This document shows, piece after piece, positions 1 through 13,428 of a stretch of DNA of 64,000 nucleotides. The translations under genes and the position numbers were made by a program. This DNA comes from Eledone cirrhosa (Eukaryota): assembly GCA_964016885.1 (NCBI GenBank), contig OZ024746.1:19468001-19532000 (forward strand), written 5' to 3'. The notes beneath the pieces were generated by a model, which saw only the letters and a list, made by a program, of their open reading frames with translations, was not told where the DNA came from and ran no database searches. Every line of letters starts with the position of its first letter. Position 1 is the first letter of the stretch.

Positions 1-459
1 AGAGAGAAAGAGACATATTTTCGAAAGATAACATACGCTAAAAAAAAAAACACAACACTACTGCTATTCGCGATGTTTAAATATAAATTAAACAGTATCA
101 ATGAAAATTGTTTTAAAACAAACTTAATTTAATTTGCAACGGACCACAATTTAGTGGATTAACAATAGAGGAGATATTAAATGTGCTGTCATGCTGAAGC
201 AGTTGGGTCTTAACAATAACAAAAGTTGGTCGACGATCAATGACATCTAATTAAAAGACACTCATGGGATGAGTGTTGTAGTTCAGATAAGCTAGCAGCT
301 TGCTAGAAAAAGGGGGAATCCCTACTGATGACAATTTCGAAACCAATTCATATAGAGAGAGCAATATACACACTCATACCTACACACACCATTTAAGTTA
401 TCTTTTGCAGTCACACACACACACACGTACATATATATATATATATATATATTTATTTA

Positions 460-659
460 TTTATTTTATAGAAGGAGCTTCTACAGGACTAGTACTGTTT
501 CATTCAGATGAAATCTTCAGGAGCTTCCTGAAGATTTCATCTGAATGAAACAGTACTAGTCCTGTAGAAGCTCCTTCTATAAAATAAAAAAATGTTTACT
601 CTGCCATGTATTGAGTACCTTACTTACTGTGGTTATCCCCGACTCAACCCGGGACCAAC

Positions 660-660
<1 letters not shown>
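460..660 (+). mobile_element. Fold-back (63-bp perfect arms, 3-nt loop) hammerhead-bearing element, probable Penelope-like pseudo-LTR remnant
   Basis: 460-522 is the exact reverse complement of 526-588; flanked by (TA)n on both sides; contains an HHR and the downstream ACTC..TTGAGT motif. Confidence 0.7.
519..575 (+). ncRNA. Type I hammerhead ribozyme
   Basis: Stem I aggagcttc(519-527)/gaagctcct(567-575); core CTGAAGA 528-534; stem II ttc-atct-gaa with a U.U at its base; GAAA 547-550; stem III ACAG-tactagtc-CTGT; cleavage triplet GUA after 566. Confidence 0.8.
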
Positions 661-694
<34 letters not shown>

Positions 695-758
695 GGAATA
701 CTGTTGGCTTCTTGCTACAATACTTTCTATACCTTTCATTCATTTATATATATGTAAA

Positions 759-806
759 TGGTAGCACAGTGGTCCGGATAACCAAAGATGTGGGTTCGAC
801 TCCCAT
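759..806 (+). mobile_element. tRNA-derived SINE head fragment
   Basis: A-box-like TAGCACAGTGG and B-box GGTTCGACTCCC, but no complete cloverleaf. Confidence 0.4.
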
Positions 807-1126
807 GTACGTCAATACTCATCTTTTTCCATTTCTCCGAGGGTTCTTAACCCCACTATCAGGCTAAATAATTTCTTTAATTTCTTTAGTCAAAATACGG
901 CGATAGCTTACATTTCTAATAATTTCAAACCAACTCGCTGTTTCGAAAATATTCTTACTATATATATATATTTATAACTCTATTACACGCACCCTCTCTA
1001 TTGTTTATATTATGTTATCTCCTGTTCTCAATATTAGGGTATAAATATTGAGTTTTGCCATAAGTTAATCACTACCTTGACTGAATCTTAACCATCTACT
1101 ATGTAAGGGTATGTCATGTATCCTTT

Positions 1127-1193
1127 TATTTTATCTGATGAGGACGTACTGTTGAACTTAACTCAGTACCTCTGAAATATGTATAATAAAATA
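1127..1193 (+). ncRNA. Minimal type I hammerhead ribozyme
   Basis: Stem I tattttat/ataaaata; CTGATGA 1135-1141; stem II gtactg..cagtac; GAAA 1174-1177; short stem III; AUA triplet. Confidence 0.7.
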
Positions 1194-1269
1194 TAATTGA
1201 TCACAAGAATATCTATTTTGTTAATATTTTGAATTTAAAAAAAATATATATATATATATATATATATAC

Positions 1270-1570
1270 GATATATTAACAAATGGAAACTATATTTATA
1301 AAACCATATTTATTTCATGATACATATATTTCAAGGACACTAAGTCAAATTATGGTGCGCTTTCATCAGATAAAATATAATATAGATCAGTTTTATAAAT
1401 AAATATTGACATATCCTTGAAATATGTATAATGAAATAAATATGGTTTTATAAATATAGTTTCCATTTGTTAATATATCTTATTTTTACTCCAATAATTT
1501 GTTGAGTGCTTTATATCAGTTATAAAAATATTTGCTTGTTGTATCCCAACAATTTAAATAGAACTTCTAC
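1270..1570. mobile_element. Inverted-arm pseudo-LTR-like element carrying an HHR (family shared with 12847-13020 and 52950-53190)
   Basis: 1270-1337 is the near reverse complement of 1414-1479; near-identical sequence at 52950-53190; (TA)n flanks. Confidence 0.7.
1311..1377 (-). ncRNA. Minimal type I hammerhead ribozyme
   Basis: Minus strand: tattttat CTGATGA aagcgcac..gtgtcctt GAAA tatatgta TC atgaaata. Confidence 0.7.
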
Positions 1571-3988
1571 ATATATATATATATATATATATCCCAAGTA
1601 CCGAGTCCCCTGCTGAATAATGGTCTTACTAGTTTAAAACTGGTAATCCTGAACGTAGAATATATATATACATATATATATTCTACGTTCACCAACTTCA
1701 TCTTCGTGTGTCTGAGACATTCATAATCAAAAAGCCAGGCAAAATATAATTATGGAGAGAATCAGCAGTCCACAGACAGGGGGCAAACACGCTGTTGTCG
1801 CCGGTATAAACACGATTCTCAAAGGAGTTAACACACAACTGCCAAGTGACAAACTTCCCTCATTTCTTCCAAACGTAATTGCTAAGGCAGACACCTTGCC
1901 TCAGCTAGACAGATAAACCAACAGAATTCAACGTTTCTATACGAGGGATAAAGAGAATATAGCGAAACAAGAATACATCTTAACTGTTGTTTATTTGTTA
2001 GCTAAAATCTTGTCGAAAACACATTTAGATATTACTCTTTTACGTGTTCCAGCCGACTGGATGAGGCCATGCTGGGGCACTGACATTCAGTTGAAAGAAA
2101 AATGAAATCGATAAACAAATAAAAGGTAAATGAATAATGAAAATGTTAGCATTTGTTGAGATTTTGATGGCCCAAATAAATAAATACTATATTTACTTTA
2201 TTTGGAAGTTAATGTGCAATAGTGGATTACCCCCCCCCCCCTCCCCCTCCAATAAAATAGGTGTATCCTAAGAAATGATCGATAAATTGATGAGAGATCG
2301 AGATTTATAAAATAGAAAAGGTTAAATAAGAAGTTATGAATGTCTAAAAAAAATAGCTGCAAAACAAAAACAACATATTTATGGTTTTATGCATATATAT
2401 ATATGATACATATACACACATATATATGCATACATATATATAAATATATATATACATACATACATATAAATATATATATACACACATGCATTGAATTGAA
2501 ACTACAAAACTGTGTCTACGATATATAAACATAAAGGCACTTTATAATTCCTTTTTGGAAAAGAAAAAAAAGCTGACGATTGATGGTGCTCGCGAAATTG
2601 ATCTGCTACGATTAATCGAATATCATTATGAAACTCGGAGTATCGACGGCAAAATATGCATATTTACCATGTATTTTAAACACATATCATTATCATCAAC
2701 ATTTAACGTCTATTTTTCATGCTTGCATGGGTTTGACAGATTGTCATATTATAGGATCAAACATTTCAGGTGACCCTTTCTTGCTCAGTCAGATCTGGTT
2801 TGGTTTCCTACAGCTTGATGCCCTTTCTAATGCTAACCATTTTGCATTGTGTTCTGTATATATATATATACACACACACACATTCTACATATCTATATAT
2901 CTACACACACACACAGATATATATATATACACACACAGACATACATTCTATATATCTACACACAGTATGTACACAGTGCTCGGTGATGTCTATAGCCCTT
3001 CTCCGTTTACCAAATGTAGGTCAGCCAGCATGTCCACCACCACCTCCAGGCGCTAAGTTGAGGCGCGCAGGTCCGCCTCCTCTCTATTCCTACCATCCTC
3101 TACTACTCCCTTATTTACACTTTATATTTCAGATACTTAGATTGTTTAGACGTAGATTCCACCTAGAACGGCGCAACTTTTGCTACTGAATTTTAATTGT
3201 CTTTTAACATAATTAAAGAGAGAAAGAGGAATAAACAAACAAATTCTTGTAGAAAGTAGAAGATACTACTAGTAGTAATGGAATTGCTGGGCAGGAAGGA
3301 ATAATACAGAAATGTCTTAATCGCTGTTAACATCAACACAACCTTATCGAATACAACATATTTCTTTGTTTTCGGAAAAAAAGGAAGGGAGCGAAAGACC
3401 TAAAACAGTGCATTTAAGGCACTGACTGGGAAAATGTGACTGCTTTCGCTTTATATGTTTTTACCACAAGTTCATTGAATATATAATTTAAGGAGAAAAA
3501 ATTGAAGATGATGTTTTTCATTAAGAACTGTGATGTTTAACAATAAAAGATGTTTACAAATGATATTACTATTCTAAAAAAGAAAACAAAAATAAATGTT
3601 AGATTATGTTAAAGTGACCTTCGCTGACAACATTATATATATGTATATCTCTCTCTATATATAAATATATGTATCTATCTATATGTATTATCTATATATG
3701 CACACACTCACACAAATTGGTGATTCAATTACCAAAACAATATTTTCGAATTAGTAAGAAAAACTCCTTGTCCTTTATGCTAGATTCCCCATCAATTAGA
3801 TGGCATCGAACATTATCTACAAGGAAAGTAAAATAAAATCAGAATCTCCATTTCTTTCGCTGTTGCAAATTCAAAGCCCCTTTTTTTTTCTTCCTTAGAT
3901 AAAAATCTAAATTCCTAAACTTACTCTTAAACTAAGCCATATTTGTAGATAGACGCGAGAAAACATTTAGCGACTTATCTACTTTCTT

Positions 3989-4044
<56 letters not shown>

Positions 4045-4160
4045 CTTACTCAGAGATGAAATGTACATTTCACTGATTTGAACTACTTAAGAATCTCAAA
4101 AGTATAAACAAAGTCAAACATGTGTTTGTATACTATATATATATATATATATATATATAT

Positions 4161-4230
4161 TCATTTTATTATAGAAATGACTTCTACAGACTAGAACTGT
4201 TTCATTCGTAAGACATCACCAGGAAAGTCC
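4161..4230 (-). pseudogene. Degenerate hammerhead (core CTGGTGA), homolog of the 519-575 family
   Basis: Minus strand: gactttc CTGGTGA tgtcttacgaat GAAA cag ttctagt ctg TA gaagtc; adjacent to (TA)n. Confidence 0.6.
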
Positions 4231-4348
4231 TTTAATATAATATAATTGTGTCTACGTTAGGCACAAGGCCAGCAATTACCCAGTGCATTACTGAAATGAA
4301 TATACCTATACTCTACTAATATATTGAGTACCTTTTTTTAACAGTTGT

Positions 4349-4395
<47 letters not shown>

Positions 4396-4694
4396 TATAT
4401 ACAGTTGTGTGTGTGGTTTACAGGTTCCCTTGATCGTGTGTTTCGTAGTGAGAGGAAGAACAAAAAAATGAATACAAAGACACCAGCATGGCACTGAAGT
4501 TGGTGCAGAGTTGAGTGTAATCAACTTGATATGAAGTATGTTTCTGAGTTAAGTGTATAACACTACTACATCTTTATATATATATATTGTTGTCTAAATG
4601 TGTGGTTGTAATCACTAATGAAAAAGCCACTCGGGAAACTCCGAGCACCTAGGAATGTATACACCAATTAGCCACGTATTTTATATAAATATAG

Positions 4695-4744
<50 letters not shown>

Positions 4745-5339
4745 TACCCTAATTATCAACATACTACATTACGTTGAACACTGACTAGTGACAAGACAAT
4801 GTTTTAAACTCCAGCAGAAAATATAAAAATAAAGACATCAGTCTTCACAACAATAATTTTGTACATGATCTCAAGTGTAGAAAAAGGGATAGGCTACTGT
4901 ATGTGGTTAAGTCCTTGTACACATCTTGAAGTAGTTAATAGGAAAGTCGCTCCGGAAAGGACTTCCAAGTCCAGAATGTAGACGAAAGTAGTCAATACTG
5001 TCATATAAATTCAAGCGACTGTAGTAAATTACAAAACCCTTAATTAGACTCCCTAATAAATTGGCATAAAATATCAATAGTGTTGGTGTTCATTTGTTTT
5101 CTGATGACATCAGGAATGTGAATCGAATACAACTGTTAGTAAAATGAAAGCTGGTATAATTAGTGAGAGAATGTTGTACAAGATAGGAATTTATGACAGA
5201 TAATTATGCCATAACGTCCTTTTGCTAAGGGGATATTTATTAGAAATCGAAGAGATATGAGTATCGAAACCGAGTCACATTCACGCAACCAAAGAATTTA
5301 CCGCCGCATCACCACCACTATCAATTAATAACAATCAAT

Positions 5340-5478
5340 AATGGTTTCTAATCTAGGCGCAAGACCAACAATTTTGGGGGAAGGGAAAGTCAATTAAATC
5401 GACCTCAGTGCGTTACTGGTACTTTATTTTATCGACCCAGTAAGGATGAAAGGCTAACCTCGACGGCATTTGAACAAT
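5340..5478 (-). mobile_element. SINE family A, 3' part
   Basis: Shared core gcctttcatccttacggggtcgataaaataaagtaccag (recalled as Deu/Nin-domain-like) seen in many copies in the window. Confidence 0.7.
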
Positions 5479-5759
5479 AATAATTATTTCTTTCGTAAAC
5501 ACACACATAATTAATTTCGAGACAAGGTTGGCACAAGTCAAGTGATTCGGTCCAGTATGTAATGCATGTATGTTACTGATAGTTGATTTCTTAGATATTA
5601 GAAAAATAATTAAATAAATAAGCGGGAGTTTATGACAACAGGATTGCAAACGAGAGCAACGACTGTAAAGCACTATTTATATTTAATAAAATTAAGCGAT
5701 CTGAATGAATGTTTTAGAGGGGCAAAAATGAGAAATGTGGTGGCTAGGGATTGAATGAA

Positions 5760-5957
5760 CTATAAAATTATATAGAGGTGCAGCGGAAAAGTGCATTCTA
5801 TTTACTAATAAAAGTCAGATTATAGAATTATATAGAAGTGCAGAGTTTCTTAAAACCCTACTATTTTATTTAGTAATAAAAGTCGAATTATAGGATTATA
5901 TAGAAGTGCATAGTTTCTTAAAACCATACCATTCTATTTCGTAATAAAAGTCAGATA
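5760..5957. repeat. Degenerate ~65-bp tandem repeat, about 3 copies
   Basis: Recurring ttatatagaagtgca...taataaaagtcaga. Confidence 0.7.
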
Positions 5958-6914
5958 TTTATTATTAAAAGGCGAGTAAGCGATCCGCGGTTAAAATTGT
6001 TAAATTTGGGTTGGGGGCTAACTAACTTTAGCAGCTGCAGACTTTAAACAGCAACAAAACAGCTGAACAGAAAGAAACATCAGCCAACATAAATACATAC
6101 ACACAGAGAAATGACTAAGACTTTTTTTTATTAAATCGTAAAAAGAAAAACTAACAAAAATACAAATCAAACCAAACCAAACTAAACAAAACAAAATTCA
6201 AAATATGAAAAACAATAGGAAATCAGTATAAACACGCACATGTAGAGGCACAGCTAGCGAACAAACAAAATGTACATGTTGGAAAAATGTAGAAAAATTG
6301 TTTGGTAGTAGAAGAACGTCATTAATGACAACAATGTCGTCCACTGAATTCCGAGCCTCTCCATAACATTTCACTCAGTGTTTACTTCACCTTTAGCTAG
6401 TTCTTAAAACAAAAGGTGGCTTTTAATAAAGAAATCGTTTTCTTAAAAACAAACAAACTAGCCAGTCGGTAGTAAAATAAATATATAAACAGTTCAGAGG
6501 AAAAGAAGGTATTTGAGAGAAAGAGATAGAAAATGAGAGAAGAAAAAGTTGAAAATCTGTGAAATGTCCGGAAGTTACACGGCATAACTATGTCAAATAT
6601 TTCAGAGATTTGAATCCCGTCAAACCAGAAAGCATTGCTGTCATGCCAGCTAAAAGAAAAATAACAGGCGCGCTACTTTCTAAATATCTTTCCCATCGTG
6701 TTGGAAATAACAACGAACATCCAACTTTTTTTAGTTTCCCCATTGCAACATTTAATTACAATTTAAATGTCCATTATATATATTTTGGAAGTAAACCAGA
6801 AACCATTATATATATATATATAGAGAGAGAGAGATAGTAAAAAAAGTTTTTCTCGTAAATAGCTTATAAATACAAGCGATATATTAAACGATTAAAATGA
6901 ATGTATTTATATAT

Positions 6915-7350
6915 ATATAACATACATTACATAAATATAGGTGTTATATATATATATAACATACATTTCATAAATATGGGTGTTTTATATATATATAACA
7001 TACACTACATAAATATAGGTGTTTTATATATATATATATATATATATAGATATACATACACACGCGCACAATGTACATTATATATATATCTACACACGCA
7101 CAATGTACATTATATATATATCTACACACGCACAATGTACATTATATATATATATATATATACGCACAATGTACATTATATATATATATATACGCACAAT
7201 GTACATTATATATATATATATACGCACAATGTACATTATATATATATATACGCACAATGTACATTATATATATATATATATACGCACAATGTACATTATA
7301 TATATATATACGCACAATGTACATTATATATATATATATATATATAATGT
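6915..7350. repeat. Compound minisatellite: ~39-bp unit x3, then ~28-32-bp unit (cgcacaatgtacatt + variable TA) x~9
   Basis: Direct reading of repeated units. Confidence 0.85.
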
Positions 7351-8151
7351 ATACATATAATATATATTCTTTCATTACTTTTAGCTTCAGACACTTTCAA
7401 AACTTTTAAACAAACGAAACCTTCTAAAGCGAGACTAAATATTTTAGATCTTACACTCCTGGTTATAATAATAAAACGCACATTTATGATAATAAAAGTA
7501 ATATAAACACTAAATATAATCTCCAAGACAATTTTATACAATACAATATAACTAACCCGTGCTGTCTGTTATTTACAAATATAAAATCTAAATTTTCGTT
7601 TATTTAAACAAAAAAAAAAAACTATTAGTAAACAATCCATTCCTATGTTAGTTGCTAATGTCGCTTCCTTCCTCATGTAATACCCAAAGCCAGCACCATC
7701 AAACTACCCGTATTCCACCCTACACACTCTTTTGCCATTTGCAGTTGTTTTAATAAATAAATAATATAATAAAATAGCTCGGTCTCTCTCTTTTGCAGCC
7801 AGCATTATGTAGGATTTCATTGTTCTCTATTGACGTTCTATCCTTTCTCTCTCTGTCTTTCTATGTATTATTTTGACAGTAGCAACACCACCATCAGACT
7901 AGATTTAAACATGTCATTGTTGCTACAGCTAATTCTTCTCCTCCTGTTTCTGTTTTCCTTCCTCCGACCAACGGCCGCCAATACTTTTCTCTATTTTCTC
8001 AACACTGAAGGAACTCGAAAACAAAAAATAGATCTCTCTCTCTCTCTCACTTTCTGTTCTTATCGTCATTCACGCACCCTCTCATATTCACTCCCGCTAC
8101 CTTCTAATTCAATTATCATCATCATCGTTATTATTATTTCTAACGCCTTTG

Positions 8152-8408
8152 GTTTCTAATTAAGACACAAGGCCAACAATATACAGGAAGGGGAAAGTCA
8201 AATAAATCGATCCCAGTGCGTTACTGGTACTTTATTTCATTGACCCCGTAAGGATGAAAGGCAAAGCAAATCCCACTGTGGTTAGCTTTTCATCCTTAGG
8301 AAAGGGTCGATAAAATAAAGTACTGAGGATCGATATAATCGACTTTCCTCTCCCCATCTGCCCTTTAAAATTGCTGGCCTTGTGCCGAAAAGTAGAAACA
8401 ATTATTTC
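8152..8408. mobile_element. Two SINE family A 3' halves joined head-to-head (inverted pair)
   Basis: Minus-strand half 8152-8270 and plus-strand half 8270-8408 of the same core. Confidence 0.75.
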
Positions 8409-9634
8409 TACCGCCTTTAAAGTTTTTACTTAGTGATACACTGTCACTTCTATTGAAATGTCTCCTCTTACTATTACCACCACCACCATGACTATCTTAG
8501 TTTGGCCTAAGTAATTTTCCCATCACCACCTCTCGTTTATCTTTGTGATTACTTTTAATTTAAATCTCCTATTCTTTCATACAATTGAACAAATAAGAAA
8601 ATTATAAAAAAATATGAATATAAAAAACTAAACTAAATGCTTTCCTTATATAAATAAATAATAATAAATAATGATTTTAAAAAAAATACTCGAGTTTGTT
8701 ATAATAAAAAAGGACAAGGGAGGAGGAGGAAGCAGTGAGAAACAACAAAGCGCTCCCTCCACCTCCAGTTGATTTACTACTGCTACCACTACTCTTGTGT
8801 TGTTGCTACTAAACAAGAAAACACGAGGCGTCGTAATAAAAGAGGCGATGGTGGTGGCAGCGGCAGTGACGACGACACCCCCCCCCCCCCACATCCATAA
8901 GGCGTCGTAATAAAAGAGGTTGTGGCGGCGGTGACGACACTACCACCACGGTAGCACTCTGAATAACAGCAGATGTTCAAACAACACCATCACCACTAAT
9001 AGTAGTAGTAGAAACATTACCACCACCACCACCACAACTAATAACAATAATAGTAGTAGTAGTAGTAGTAGAAAGATCACCACCACTAATAATAATAAGA
9101 ATAATAATAATGGTGGTAGTAGTAGAAAGATTATAATAGTGGTAGCAGCAATAATCAGAGCAGCAGTGAAGTGATAGTGGATGTGAGTAACAGTAGCAGT
9201 GTTGGAAACAGTGAAGAACAAAGTTTTCTACTCAGAGTGAGATGAGGTGTAGTGTGAGTAGAAGAAAATCTCGAAAGGAGACGAGAAAAATAACAACAAC
9301 AACACACACAAAAAAGTTTCTAAATGCCCCCACCATCACTCTGTGTCTCTCTCTCTCTCTCTTCCTTCAACATTCACTCTATCACTCACACTAAACCACT
9401 CACACTCAACAGCAGCACGCTTTCTTTTTAATGCCAATAGCTTTCTCCGTCCGTATCTAATAACTGTTTAGGAGTTTGGGTATTTTTTTTGCCTGGAGCT
9501 GACTTTTCAGATATTATTTTCCGATGGTCCTAGAGCAAAATTCTCCAAAGGAAACAAAACAACAAATAACATGGACAGATGAAAAGAAAAAAAGATACAT
9601 AAATATTCACACACACGCAGACATGAAAAAGGAA

Positions 9635-9830
9635 AGAGAGCGGGAGAATTACATGTATATACAGAGCGAGGGGGAGAGTTACATGCATACATAGAGAGAG
9701 GGGGAGAGTTACATGCATACATAGAGAGAGGGGGAGAGTTACATGCATACATAGAGAGAGGGGGAAAGTTACATGCATACATAGAGAGAAGGGGAGAGTT
9801 ACATGTATATACATAGAGAGAGGGGGAGAA
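9635..9830. repeat. 30-bp minisatellite (ggggagagttacatgcatacatagagagag), about 6 copies
   Basis: Direct repeats. Confidence 0.9.
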
Positions 9831-9931
9831 AGAGAGAAAGAAAGATTGAGAGAAAATGATCAGAAAGAAAATTAAAAAACATAAAAATTATGAAAATTTT
9901 TTTTTCTTTTTTTTTTTTGATGAATACTCAC

Positions 9932-10060
9932 CAAAAAGGGCCGAGATAAAACGGTATTCTTGTTTCTAAAATGTAACGGAGTTGTGGAAAAAAATGAGAA
10001 ATTTTTAAAGCTTCAAGAAGCAAGCCAGCCGCTGGTATGTGAGGAATGGCACAAAGAATC
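9932..10060 (-). other. Putative non-coding first exon of a minus-strand gene
   Basis: Strong donor TG|GTGAGTA at 9931 on the minus strand just downstream of a CpG-rich patch; candidate acceptor ttttgctctAG at 9530; upstream boundary uncertain. Confidence 0.4.
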
Positions 10061-10185
10061 TGGACTACGTCGGGCGGCCGGGCTGTCAGTGCGCATGTGC
10101 CGGGCGTAGGGGCGGGCCGACCGACACGTAGGGAGAATCTAGCAGCTGATCTGTGGTGCTCTGGCACCCGGGGTGGGTTGCCAAT
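10060..10185. promoter_or_regulatory. CpG/GC-rich promoter-like island
   Basis: GC-rich, CpG-dense patch in an AT-rich background; GC box GGGGCGGG 10109-10116; NRF1-like TGCGCATGTGC 10090-10100. Confidence 0.5.
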
Positions 10186-10369
10186 TCATCATCACACTCT
10201 TCTCTCTTGTGTGTGTATATATGTATATATATATATCTGTATATATACAAAATTTCGTTGCTTCCAGCATAACATAACATACATTGCATGATGATTTTAA
10301 AAAAAATATTTGTGTCGATTTATGAAAATTCATTGCTTCCAGCATAACATAACATACATACATTGCATG

Positions 10370-10433
<64 letters not shown>

Positions 10434-12671
10434 GATTTATGAAAAAATCTTACGTCAAACTTAGCTTAATTAATTAATATATAAGAAGTAGTCATAATGT
10501 TTATTATTGTAATAATAGAACTGTCGCGTCTCCGAAGACTGGGTCTTTGGATCCACTTGTGCTACATTCTTTGACAATAACATGTTATTATTATTAATCA
10601 TCCAACCAGACCTTCCTTCTTTAATTGCAGTTAGACCTCGTAGGGTAAAAACATGAGTTTTTTTTTTCTTTTCTCTTTTATATATATAATCAGAATATGA
10701 AAAAGAAAAAAAAAAATTGCGAGTGCAAGATGTGAACCGTTTCAGTATTTCTGTATGCGTGTGAATATAATATATGTGTCTTCATGTATGATTGTATATA
10801 AAATTCTTAATGTTTATTATATGTATTGACATGTGCACAAAATATGTACATTACCGTTTGTTGTAAGAATTAGAGAAAACTATGTTACTACTTCTAACTA
10901 TTCCAAGTATTTCAAGCATTGCAGAATAGAGAGAAAAATGTTTTTTATTTTTCTTGCTTTTAGCAAAGGATTATAGCTATTGATTTATATATTAAAATCG
11001 ATACTAATTTATATATATTAAATCATCTACGTATATAAATATATTTCATTACAACTGTCTGTTAGTTTAACACTCTAGGATGTGTCTGCTGTGTAATCAG
11101 GATACTTTTTTAAATACCGACATTTTGAACACGTGAAATATGTCAGGATTGCGACGAATCTTTCCTAGCATTTGTCAGTTTCTCCACTAAATACTTAAAC
11201 ATACAATAATCATTATTAATTGAAAGTGCCATTTAAAAAAAATAACTTTAGTCTTAATAGTTAAGTCGTGTTATTTTACTTGTTTTTAATTCTTATATAA
11301 CTTTTTGGTGGGTGATTTTGTTTTTGTAAAAATTCCTAACATCAGCAACATTTTGAGGAGTAAACGAAGTAGCTTGTACAGGTTCGCTGATCTGCTAGAA
11401 ATATCAGCCAAACCGCCCTTAAATCACACCTACCGTATAAAATAAAAAAAACGAAACAAAGGACACATTTAGACAATATAATGAAATACAAACAGATGGG
11501 ATGGCCATGGCTGGAAAGCCATTAACCTGGGCTGGCATTGGGGCTAAAGAACTTTGTTGTGTGATTCTGATTCCAGTTATATAAAAAGAACACACACGCA
11601 CGCACTCACATACATACACATCTGTGGAATGTAGAGCTAACATTTCGGCAATTCTCTAGATCTGAATACTTTTTAAAAGTTTTACTTAGAAGTTAGGCGA
11701 GACAAATAACTACAAAAATATCCTTATATATATATAATTATGTATACACATATATATATATTTATGTATCAGGATCTCTCCCTGTCTCCCCTAAATAGTT
11801 AACGAAAAGCACAGAGAGAGGAAAATATGTTATATATAATAAAACATGTATTTAACTAGATACATACCTGCTGCCAGCTGTAAATTTCTGACGTAGATGT
11901 GGGTAAACTTACTATGTTCATTTTGGAAATGGAATTTTTTTTTCTCGTTTCCTCTTGAAATGTATTTTAGGAGGGTTACTATACACAAATACACCTCACA
12001 TCGAACTTGTAAACTCCACAGTAATCACTTATTGTTGGTATTAGTACTGTAATTAGTAATAGTATTATTATTATTATTTAATGGTTTAACGCCATGTGTA
12101 ATTTATTGTATTAATGTCAATCTTGAAATAATAATCCATTTGCTATAATAGTAGACTGGCGGAAATTCCTGACAGTTACAAAGCGAGTTGTTGGCCCTGC
12201 AACAATTATGGAATTTGGTAGAATGTTTAATATTTAATACTACTTTTACTATACTTTTTTTTTAATATTTTTTTATATATTTATTTGTTCATTTAAATTT
12301 TTTTTTTTTTTTTTTTTTTAGTTTACTTAATGTTTTATTTTCCATTTTACTCTATTTTATGGATTCATATATACATATTTATTTTTACATTTTTAGAATA
12401 TTTTTTATTTATATTATTTATTTACTTTTAGATTTATTTATTTATTTATTTCAATACTTCTTTTAAATTTTTTTGGTTTAGTTAATGTTTCCTTTATACT
12501 TTATCAATAATTACTATTCCTTCATACTCCTATGTAACTATTTATTATACATTTTAAAAAAAAGTATTTATATTTAACTTTAATCATTGTTTTTAGGAGT
12601 TCTTAATCTGTTTCTGTTAGGAATATAGGAATATCATTATCTAATTACGCGTCTCGATAGTGTGTTTGTAC

Positions 12672-12715
<44 letters not shown>

Positions 12716-12846
12716 TAAAAGATAAAGTTTATTTATCCTTATCAAGCCCTCTTTGGATTTTACTCATCAAATTTATTATTATTAATATATATATATATTA
12801 GGTAGACCACACTTTAATATATATATATATATATACATATATACAA

Positions 12847-13020
12847 TGATATTAAATAAATGGGAACTATATTTATAAAACCATATTTATTCTATTATAT
12901 ATATTTCATTCCATTTATTTAATATCATTGAATATTTACTCCAGAAAACTTGTCGAGTGCTCTTAATCAGTTATAAACATTTATATTTCTTGAATTTCCA
13001 ACAAATTAATGCCTTCTACT
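12847..13020 (+). mobile_element. Degenerate copy of the 1270-1570 fold-back family
   Basis: gatattaaataaatgg...ccatttatttaatatc inverted ends, then actccagaaaacttgtcgagtgc. Confidence 0.6.
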
Positions 13021-13113
13021 TATATATATATATATTTAATATATGTATATATAAATTTAATATATGTTTTCTATATATAATATGTATATATATATATATA
13101 TTATATAATATAT

Positions 13114-13148
<35 letters not shown>

Positions 13149-13229
13149 TTCTCAACCTGTTAGTTCTTTCGTTACTTTGGAATATTGTTAGATTTTGCCT
13201 ACCACAATGTTCAATTTGTCAAGCTATTT

Positions 13230-13388
13230 AAATATATATGTGTATATATAATATGTATATATATATTACATATATGTATATATATATTACATATATGTAT
13301 ATATATATTACATATATGTATATATATATTACATATATGTATATATATATTATATATATGTATATATATATTATATATATATATAATA

Positions 13389-13428
<40 letters not shown>

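Noticed and set aside
230-350. Minus-strand LVSKLSSVGIPP, resembling CR1/L2 RT
   Set aside because: Too short and interrupted to support a call
759-806. tRNA gene
   Set aside because: A/B boxes only; no acceptor stem or full cloverleaf. The same applies to the SINE heads
4600-4680. CTAATGA with nearby hairpin
   Set aside because: Core and GAAA both deviate; cannot build the three helices
5095-5150. CTGATGA possible hammerhead
   Set aside because: No proper GAAA/stem III/stem I arrangement
7060-7345. Palindromic repeat with variable spacers, CRISPR-like
   Set aside because: Spacers are only (TA)n length variants; ordinary minisatellite
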